Shown: positions 7,810-14,610 of the stretch, piece after piece
How the letters are laid out: each line of letters opens with the position of its first letter
Position numbering within the stretch: position 1 is the stretch's first letter
Made by a program: the position numbers and the translations under genes
The notes under the pieces: generated by a model
Seen by the model: the letters and a program-made list of their open reading frames with translations, nothing else
Told to the model about the DNA's origin: nothing
Databases searched by the model: none
Origin: Candidatus Thorarchaeota archaeon
GTDB taxonomy: Archaea; Asgardarchaeota; Thorarchaeia; Thorarchaeales; Thorarchaeaceae
NCBI GenBank assembly: GCA_020348985.1
Contig: CP070761.1
Span: 191,830-207,895, forward strand
Reading direction: 5' to 3'
Length of the DNA stretch: 16,066 nucleotides

Positions 7810-8982
7810 CTAGGTCTGAGATAGGATTTTCTTGATAGTCTTCTGAATATATTCGACATTCTCGTCAGTGACTCCAGGTTGAACAGGTATCTCAAGATGA
7901 GTTCGCCCAACACTCTCAGAGATCGGGAAATTCATTGAGGAATAGTCGGGGAATCTCACAACCTTCGACCAGCGCCATTCGTGGATACGCCTGTAGGTCT
8001 CCTGAAGGTGACATGGAAGAGCATACACAGTTCTGGAACCTATGTTGAACTCTCTTAATCTCTCAACAAGATCATCCCGGGAAATGTTTGCTGATTCCAG
8101 CCTTGGACCATAGACATGATACGCCGACTTGAAGCCCTTTCTCTCGGCCTGGGGAGTGAGCTCTTCAATCTCTTCAAGGAATTTGTCGTATTTCGACGCG
8201 TTCTTCCTTCGCCCCTCGACGACGGCAGGTAGTCTTCTAAGCTGCACTCTGCCAATTGCCGCAACAATGTCCATCATTCTATTGTTATAGCCAATCCTGT
8301 AGTGCGTGTATCCTCCTTGCTTACCTCTGCCGTGATTCTTGATCTCAAGTGCCTTATCATATAGCTCCTCATTGTCAGTAGTAATCATTCCTCCCTCAGC
8401 TGTCATAAGGTTCTTAGTTGCATAGAATGAGAAGGCCGATACGTGGCCCATAGACCCGGCCATCCTGCCGCTGATTTCTGCTCCATGCGCCTGACAGGCA
8501 TCCTCAATGACAAACAAGTCATGTTTGTCAGCGATTTCCAGTATTCTTGGCATATCGGCCGGCATGCCGAAGATGTGTACAGGCATTATTGCCTTCGTCT
8601 TCTCCGTTATTGCCTTCTCAACAAGATTCGGATCTATGTTGTAAGTGTCCGGCTCAATGTCTACAAAGACAGGGATTGCACCTATCATTGCAATAGTGTT
8701 GGCCGATGCAATGAATGTAAACGGTGTTGTGATTACTTCATCACCTGGCTGAATCTCAAGTGCCTCAAGAGCAGTACTTAGTGCAGTAGTGCCGTTGCTT
8801 GTAACCGTGGCAAACTTCGTCCCCACATAATCTCTGAACTCGCTTTCGAATTTTCGGGCGACCTTTCCTTCGGCCAGCATTCCTGACTTGAGTACTTCAA
8901 CTACTGCATCAATCTCTTCCTCTTCTATAATGGGTTTGGCAGCTGGAATCATAATGCTCGAATGCAAGCCTGAATCTGACAT
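7810..8982 (-). CDS. DegT/DnrJ/EryC1/StrS family PLP-dependent aminotransferase
   Basis: SNGTTAL, GDEVITTPFTFIASAN, PVHIFG, IEDACQAHGA, FSFYATKNLMTAEGG (PLP lysine). Start ATG 8982 avoids overlap with DUF2085. Confidence 0.93.
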   Translation of the reverse strand: MSDSGLHSSIMIPAAKPIIEEEEIDAVVEVLKSGMLAEGKVARKFESEFRDYVGTKFATVTSNGTTALSTALEALEIQPGDEVITTPFTFIASANTIAMIGAIPVFVDIEPDTYNIDPNLVEKAITEKTKAIMPVHIFGMPADMPRILEIADKHDLFVIEDACQAHGAEISGRMAGSMGHVSAFSFYATKNLMTAEGGMITTDNEELYDKALEIKNHGRGKQGGYTHYRIGYNNRMMDIVAAIGRVQLRRLPAVVEGRRKNASKYDKFLEEIEELTPQAERKGFKSAYHVYGPRLESANISRDDLVERLREFNIGSRTVYALPCHLQETYRRIHEWRWSKVVRFPDYSSMNFPISESVGRTHLEIPVQPGVTDENVEYIQKTIKKILSQT

Positions 8983-9013
8983 CTTTAAACGCTTCGGGCG
9001 ATTCAGTCTTGTA

Positions 9014-9514
9014 CTATGGCTCTTCTTCTGGCTTCTTCTCCTTCTTGATACGATTCCTGCGATTCTCGTAGACACTAACGCCACCAACGCTGACCATCAT
9101 AACCATGAGTGCGACGAGCATATAGAAGAGATCACCAAGAATGAAGATTATGGCCAGAGAGAAACCACTCGCAAAACCACTGATTGCCCTTAGCCTAACA
9201 GTTGTCTTGCGAGGGGTCAGCCTCTGAGTGACCCAATCTACAACTGTTGTAAGGCCCAAAGCAAGAGCGAACAAGAACCAAATCCAGGCAGGTCTGAACA
9301 GAGTATACTGGGTGAAGGCGTCGAGTAGAAACAGAATAGGGATTCCAAGTCCTATACCACCATAGATACCTGAACACCTGCCACAGAAGTAGACTGACTT
9401 GCCACGAAATGTTAGCCGCAAACAATGCCCAAAAAGTGACGGTGGGTGGTGGGACACCAATATGTGAAGACTCTCACGAATCTCATCTCTCCGTGTCCAT
9501 TCCTTGTGCTCCAA
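9014..9514 (-). CDS. DUF2085-like membrane protein
   Basis: SHH...HC...VYFCGRCSGIYGG, then TM helices, DWVTQ and RAISGFASG, which is the DUF2085 pattern. Start uncertain; TTG 9514 is used. Confidence 0.75.
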   Translation of the reverse strand: MEHKEWTRRDEIRESLHILVSHHPPSLFGHCLRLTFRGKSVYFCGRCSGIYGGIGLGIPILFLLDAFTQYTLFRPAWIWFLFALALGLTTVVDWVTQRLTPRKTTVRLRAISGFASGFSLAIIFILGDLFYMLVALMVMMVSVGGVSVYENRRNRIKKEKKPEEEP

Positions 9515-9708
9515 CTGGAGCTCATCGGGGCGCGTTTCGGCTCGAGTGTGGTCGTTCAAGGAAAACACTGTCGATTTCTCAGTTGACCCCTTTATCTCTG
9601 TTGTCTTATGTTACTCGAACAATTACTCAAGAGCTAAGATTGGGCAACAGAGAATTCTTAGGTCCACATTCATCAGGGAGACTGCATCGGAGTTGGAGGA
9701 CGGAGAAA

Positions 9709-10407
9709 TTGTTCATTCCGAGTGATTCACCGTTGAGCCCGGCAGACTTCCTCTTTCCAGGAGTACACTGGGTACTAGAGATTCTTCTTGTTGTCTTCTT
9801 GGCACTCTTTCTTTGGATATGTATTTGCGCAAGAAGCGTTCGATACTTCTGGAAGTTTCCTGCACCGGCTGCGGCCGGTCGTTTGATAGGCGGTCCCCAA
9901 AGGAAGCGAATTCAGCCGCCTTCAATGATTGTCGATGCTCTAGTTCTGTCACCCGGGATGAAGATTCTGGAGCTAGGGTGTGGACCAGGGACATTCACGC
10001 TGGACATAGCAAGAGCAGTTCAACCGGACGGCACGGTCTACGCTGTCGACATTCAAGAAGGAATGCTCGAACAGCTGAGAAGTCGGATGAAACGAGAACA
10101 GGTGGAGAATGTAATTCCAATTCTTGCGGATGCTGAAGTAGAAATACCTCTCAGTGATGGTTCCATGGATGCTGCTTTTGCAGTCACTGTTCTTCCCGAG
10201 ATTCCGGATCCTGTTAAGGCTCTTCAACAGGTCAAGCGACTGCTGAAGGATGGTGGCTGCTTCGCCGATGCCGAACTCATGATAGACCCGGACTATCCTC
10301 TCCGAAGGACAGTTATCAAATGGGCCACCAAGGCCGGATTCACATTCAGGAGCAAATCAGGCAATGCGTTTCGCTACGTTCTTGTGTTTCAAAGTGAATC
10401 ACAATGA
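9709..10407 (+). CDS. Class I SAM-dependent methyltransferase with N-terminal TM helix (UbiE-like fold)
   Basis: Motif I ILELGCGPG, VYAVDIQEGML, LSDGSMDAAF, VLPEIPD, LLKDGG. TM segment VLEILLVVFLALFLWICIC. TTG 9709 follows GGAGGA; the ORF-track start 9409 overlaps DUF2085. Confidence 0.85.
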   Translation: MFIPSDSPLSPADFLFPGVHWVLEILLVVFLALFLWICICARSVRYFWKFPAPAAAGRLIGGPQRKRIQPPSMIVDALVLSPGMKILELGCGPGTFTLDIARAVQPDGTVYAVDIQEGMLEQLRSRMKREQVENVIPILADAEVEIPLSDGSMDAAFAVTVLPEIPDPVKALQQVKRLLKDGGCFADAELMIDPDYPLRRTVIKWATKAGFTFRSKSGNAFRYVLVFQSESQ

Positions 10408-10477
10408 TCAGTTGTATTCGAGCGTACACAAAGCCTAAATCCACCTTGCATTGTGTCCCTCCCACTCGGTGTAATCA

Positions 10478-10807
10478 ATGATGACTGACGATCTGCTTGA
10501 ACTCATGCGAGAAAGAATCGAAGTCGGTCTTTCTCGAGAGAAGACTATGGAAGCAATTCGTGGTTGGAAGCGAACCGCACATCTTACTCTAAAGGATGGA
10601 GGAGAATACACCTTCAAGGTGGAGAATGATACAATCACTGTTGAGGCAGGTCTCATTGATGAGCCGGACATGAGAATTCAGAGCGACGAGGACACAATCC
10701 GCAAACTCTTCATGGAAGAGATGAGCGCAGCAGCTGCTTTGTTGAAGCGCAAGCTAAAAGTGAAGGGATCTGCGAGTGATCTGATGAAGCTCAGGCATAT
10801 CTTCTGA
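10478..10807 (+). CDS. SCP2 (sterol carrier protein 2-like) lipid-binding domain protein
   Basis: GEYTFKVEN..ITVEAG..DEPDMRIQSD......LF...MSAAAALLKRKLKVKGS..DLMKL is the SCP2 signature. Standalone protein of about 108 aa. Confidence 0.88.
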   Translation: MMTDDLLELMRERIEVGLSREKTMEAIRGWKRTAHLTLKDGGEYTFKVENDTITVEAGLIDEPDMRIQSDEDTIRKLFMEEMSAAAALLKRKLKVKGSASDLMKLRHIF

Positions 10808-10856
10808 AAGCTACATTGAAACAAGATGTAGGAATTGCCAATCAGGGGGCTGGAAT

Positions 10857-12263
10857 TTGGACTCTGAGATTATTGACAATCTACGTGACATTGCAGGTGC
10901 TGAATTTGTGTCAACTAGGGAGGATGTCCTACTAGCCTATTCATCATCAGCTTCTATGGGAATTGACCCAGTTCAACCCGGGGCAGTAGTGCGACCATCC
11001 AACGCAGACGAGGTAGCAGCTATCCTCAGGATTGCAGACGAACATGGAATCCCTGTGACCATCAGGGCCGGTGGTACAAGTCTGCAGGGTGAAGTCACAC
11101 CCAAAGCTGACGGTCTTGTTGTCGAATTGATGCGCCTTAACAAGATTGAGCTGTTCAAGGACTTGAGAACAGTCAGAGTTGGAGCAGGAGTCACATTTGG
11201 CGAGCTGGACAAGTTCCTAAGTGAGCATGATCTCTGGCTACCAGTTTCACCAGAATCGGCTTTGGCCTGTACAGTTGCAGGAAACGTGGCTGTCAATGGA
11301 TCGGGTCCAGGATCGAGCTTCGCTGGTTGTATTGGTGAATTGGTCATGGGACTCGAGATAGTTCTCCCGAATTCTCAGGTCATCCAGACAGGGTCTGAGG
11401 CCAACCCAAATGCACCAGGACCGTTCCTAAGATATGCATTCGGTCCTGACATCACTGGAATCTTCATCGGCTCACTGGGTTCGCTGGGAGTCATTACGAG
11501 CGTATCAGTGAAAGTCTTCAAGAGAATGGAGCACTTCGATTACAACACCTACGGATTCGACTCTCATGAACAAGCCGAGAAATTCCTGGTAGAGCTGAAA
11601 GACAACGATGTTAACATGTTGATGGCCTCGCTTTATGAGGGGCCAACTCTTGAGTTCTTCATGGATATGGTGGGAGAGGAGTTTGGCATTCCACCCATGG
11701 AATGGCCACATCGAACTGTGTCAATGACAATCGGTCGGGTGAGAAAGGATGTACTTGAAAGCGATGCGAAGCTTGCTCGAGAAATATGTGAGAAGATGGG
11801 TGGACGTGTGATAGGCATTGTCGAACTTCCAAAGGGCGAGTGGGATGGAAGGTTCTGGACATTCGTCAGGTGTAGCTATGTACATCCCTGGGCTTGGCAA
11901 GTTGTCTACCATCATCAGGCTCCCACTAACGTACATCGTTCGGTTGAAGAGATCACAAAAATCATGGACAAGTACGCCTTCCTTGGACATACCGCAGGCT
12001 TTGCGTCTGGGCATTCTTCTATGAACATGTATCCACAATTCTACTGGGATCCAGTGGATGAAGAAGAGAGAAAGAAGGTCGTTGGTGCTCTCAAAGAACT
12101 CGCTGGAAACCTGTACAAGGCTGGAGCGGTTCCATTCAAACTGGCATCCTATTGGGATGGCCTCATGGAGGGAACTGAAACCTACATGGAACTCCTTAGG
12201 AGACTGAAGGAAACCATTGATCCCAACGGAATAATGAACAAGGGAGTGCTCGGAGGAATCTGA
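10857..12263 (+). CDS. FAD-binding oxidoreductase (VAO/PCMH family, GlcD/ADPS-like)
   Basis: PGAVVRP...IRAGGTSLQG, VGAGV, TVAGNVAVNGSG, GLEIVLPN, GPD...IGSLGSLGVIT and C-terminal LKETIDPNGIMNKG. TTG start. Confidence 0.9.
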   Translation: MDSEIIDNLRDIAGAEFVSTREDVLLAYSSSASMGIDPVQPGAVVRPSNADEVAAILRIADEHGIPVTIRAGGTSLQGEVTPKADGLVVELMRLNKIELFKDLRTVRVGAGVTFGELDKFLSEHDLWLPVSPESALACTVAGNVAVNGSGPGSSFAGCIGELVMGLEIVLPNSQVIQTGSEANPNAPGPFLRYAFGPDITGIFIGSLGSLGVITSVSVKVFKRMEHFDYNTYGFDSHEQAEKFLVELKDNDVNMLMASLYEGPTLEFFMDMVGEEFGIPPMEWPHRTVSMTIGRVRKDVLESDAKLAREICEKMGGRVIGIVELPKGEWDGRFWTFVRCSYVHPWAWQVVYHHQAPTNVHRSVEEITKIMDKYAFLGHTAGFASGHSSMNMYPQFYWDPVDEEERKKVVGALKELAGNLYKAGAVPFKLASYWDGLMEGTETYMELLRRLKETIDPNGIMNKGVLGGI

Positions 12264-12265
12264 GA

Positions 12266-13429
12266 ATGCCAGAAGTCGACATGGAAGAGCTAATTGAGAA
12301 TCTGCATCAATGCCGCAGATGTGGAATCTGCCGTAACGCTGTCTACGAGACCGTTGGATTCGACGGCGTCTGCCCAGTCTGGCGATGTTCGAACGGATTC
12401 GAAACGGACTTCATGAGAGGCAAGATGTTAGTCGCTCTTGCACTACTTGATGGTCGCCTCAAACGGACCTCGGAGAACTTAGAGTCTATCTATAGATGCT
12501 CCCTTTGTGGAAACTGCACCGAAATCTGTGGTGCGGAATTCAGTCCTTCTGAAACCCTTGAGACCGTTAGACAGGTTCTGAGTGATTTTCCAATTGATAT
12601 CCGGGATGCCATCGCCGATAGAATCGCCGAGACCGGAACTCCCTACGTTCTCGGAACCGGAACGAAACGTGATTGGGTCTCCGAACTTGATTTTGACATT
12701 CCCGTCTCTGGGAAGACTGTCTACTTCGCTGGCTGCACTTCTAGCCAGAAGCTCAAGAACGTTGCTAGATCCACAGCAAGACTTCTTCACAAGTCTGGAG
12801 TTGATTTCACTGTTCTAGAGGAGGAGCCATGTTGTGGCTCTGTGTTACTCAGAATGGGGAAGGCAGCCCAAGCGTTGGAGAATGCTCAAGCATTTGCTGA
12901 TAGAATCAAAGACTCGGGGGCTGAGACCGTAGTCGTGTCTTGCGCCGGCTGCATGAGGACTTTGACAAGAGACTTCCCTATTGGGCTTGGATTGGAGCTG
13001 CCTGAGGTTGTTCACATTGTTGACTATGCAGCCAGTCTCATTTCTGAAGAGAAGATATCTCCAAAGCCCCTGGACATGAAAATCAAAGTCACATACCACG
13101 ACCCCTGTCACTTGGGAAGAGAGCTCGGTGTCTTTGACAGCCCGCGCATCATACTTCAGAGCATTCCGGGCGTGGAGCTTGTTGAGATGGAACCAAACAG
13201 GAACCAAGCCTTGTGTTGTGGTGCAGGAGGTGGTCTGCGCTCATTTGACTCTGATCTTGCCAAGAACATTGCGGCAGATAGGATAGAAACAGCTATGGTC
13301 ACCGGTGCTAGTGTTGTTGTCACAGCTTGTCCGTTCTGTGAGGACAACCTTCACTCCGGTGCCCAATTAGCGAATCGCCTGATTGAAGTAGCGGACGTAG
13401 TCGAGCTTCTCGAAAGAAGCTTGACCTAG
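12266..13429 (+). CDS. (Fe-S)-binding oxidoreductase subunit, GlcF/GlpC/HdrD-like (2x[4Fe-4S] plus two CCG domains)
   Basis: CRRCGIC...CP, CSLCGNCTEIC, FAGC...CCGS...CAGC, YHDPCHLGR...CCGAGGG...TACPFC. It starts 2 nt after the FAD gene stop. Confidence 0.92.
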   Translation: MPEVDMEELIENLHQCRRCGICRNAVYETVGFDGVCPVWRCSNGFETDFMRGKMLVALALLDGRLKRTSENLESIYRCSLCGNCTEICGAEFSPSETLETVRQVLSDFPIDIRDAIADRIAETGTPYVLGTGTKRDWVSELDFDIPVSGKTVYFAGCTSSQKLKNVARSTARLLHKSGVDFTVLEEEPCCGSVLLRMGKAAQALENAQAFADRIKDSGAETVVVSCAGCMRTLTRDFPIGLGLELPEVVHIVDYAASLISEEKISPKPLDMKIKVTYHDPCHLGRELGVFDSPRIILQSIPGVELVEMEPNRNQALCCGAGGGLRSFDSDLAKNIAADRIETAMVTGASVVVTACPFCEDNLHSGAQLANRLIEVADVVELLERSLT

Positions 13430-13446
13430 TCCTTTTCTTCTTCTTT
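13430..13446 (+). terminator. Pyrimidine/T-rich archaeal terminator candidate
   Basis: TCCTTTTCTTCTTCTTT lies directly after the Fe-S gene stop. Confidence 0.5.
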
Positions 13447-13473
13447 GCAAGCTTGAGATTTCGTAGATACCGA

Positions 13474-13998
13474 CTAGTATCTTCCGCGGCCTCGACCGCC
13501 GCCACGACCACCTCGTCGGTAGCCACCGCCTCGGTCGTCTCTTCGGCCATAACCGCCGCCGCCGCCGCCGCCGCCATAACCGCCGCGGCCGCCGCCATAA
13601 CCTCTTCGGGGTCTGTATTCACGTTCATGCTCTTCCGCTGACATGTCGACCTCTAGGTTGATTTCCTGGATAGCCTCTTCAGCGTCAGACAGCTCACCGT
13701 ATCGTCCTACGTTCAATCTCAGAAAACCCTGGAACAGGGTTGTATAGCCATTGGCTAGATTGTATGTCTTTTCCACTTCGACCTGATCAATCGCGTCGTC
13801 CCACATTGGAACGAGTACAGTCCCAGTTGAATCGCCTACTCTGATATCAGCCACGCGATGCTGTTCACCGTCCTTCCTCGAGGTCACCTCGCGGATTTCT
13901 CCCTTTTCGATGACCTTGAAGGCTATGGTCAGGTTCCTCATTCGAGGCTTTAGCTCGGCTACAGTTGCCTCGATTGGTTCACTTTCTGGATAACTCAT
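13474..13998 (-). CDS. ssb: Single-stranded DNA-binding protein (single OB fold, crenarchaeal-SSB/RPA-like) with Gly/Arg-rich tail
   Basis: VAELKP...FKVIEKGE.REV...HRVADIRVGDSTGTV.VPMWD...NGYTTLFQG.LRLNVGRYGEL, followed by an RGG-rich C-terminus. Start ATG 13998 or GTG 14007. Confidence 0.88.
   Translation of the reverse strand: MSYPESEPIEATVAELKPRMRNLTIAFKVIEKGEIREVTSRKDGEQHRVADIRVGDSTGTVLVPMWDDAIDQVEVEKTYNLANGYTTLFQGFLRLNVGRYGELSDAEEAIQEINLEVDMSAEEHEREYRPRRGYGGGRGGYGGGGGGGGYGRRDDRGGGYRRGGRGGGRGRGRY
13546..13602. repeat. Coding low-complexity repeat: (GCC)7 and three copies of GCCATAACC
   Basis: GCC run at 13555-13575 and GCCATAACC at 13546, 13573 and 13594. These encode poly-Gly and GYG units of the SSB tail on the - strand. 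Confidence 0.8.
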
Positions 13999-14196
13999 GT
14001 TACTCACTTTGGTATAGGCAGGCTGACAAAACTAGAAAACGGCCCTGGGTACGTACATTTACAGTAAAGTTCCTTAAACGGGTGATTCAGCTTGCGAGCT
14101 CTGCTATTCGTTTGTCTGATTCAATCCCTTAAAACGATGTAGGTTACGAACCATTCGCACGCTTTCGTCCATGGATTCGCCATTAATCACACCAGA

Positions 14197-14519
14197 ATAA
14201 GGTGGACGACGGCGACAACATTGGACTTGCCCATCGGGCTTTGAGGTCCACCCTCTCTCTCTTGATGAACATGAGTGGCGCTCCCAATCTTACGAAGCAA
14301 TGGCTCCTCTCTGAACCGCTTTGGTGAGAGCGAAATCTCCCTGCAGACGGACACTTCAATCAAGCCACATCAACGCGTCACGCGGAATCCCGGACTTCAT
14401 GGCTCGCGTGTGGAAGCTCATTGTCTGCCAATCGTCCGGATATGTACAGGATTCCTTCCAACATAAGTGCTTCCATACCTTGGCGGCCTCCGATTATTAG
14501 TAGGCAGCTTTCACCTTAT
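14197..14519 (+). ncRNA. Candidate structured non-coding RNA of unknown family
   Basis: It lies in a 600-bp gap without a credible ORF. A 10-bp terminal stem (14197-14206/14510-14519) encloses several internal helices. Folded by eye only. Confidence 0.3.
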
Positions 14520-14565
14520 GGAGCGGTTCCCCATTTTGGATAGTATTATATGACCATAGAATAAC

Positions 14566-14571
14566 TATATA
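14566..14571 (+). promoter_or_regulatory. Putative TATA box of the ino1-like gene
   Basis: TATATA preceded by A-rich AGAATAAC, 40 nt upstream of ATG 14611. Confidence 0.5.
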
Positions 14572-14610
14572 TGGAAACCAAGAATCTGGTCATCTGACAA
14601 CAGAACTGAG

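Noticed and set aside
9409-9708. Long N-terminal extensions in the ORF track (methyltransferase 9409, CPBP 2565, S8 2700, DegT 9087, ABC 5217)
   Set aside because: They overlap neighbouring genes or promoters. Downstream starts give family-typical N-termini.
13320-13641. Poly-Ala ORFs 13320..13628(-) and 13453..13641(+)
   Set aside because: They are alternative-frame shadows of the GGC-rich SSB tail.
14197-14532. RNase P RNA, SRP RNA, tmRNA or group II intron identity for the intergenic element
   Set aside because: No GAGGAAAGUCC/P4 partner, SRP helix-8 motif, T-arm or domain V catalytic triad was found on either strand. GGGG...TCCACC on the - strand is only superficially tmRNA-like.
14202-14543. 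+ strand frame from GTG 14202 to TAG 14543 interrupted by a single TGA (14325-14327); possible selenoprotein
   Set aside because: The translation is not protein-like, the TGA has no redox-motif context, and there is no convincing SECIS downstream.
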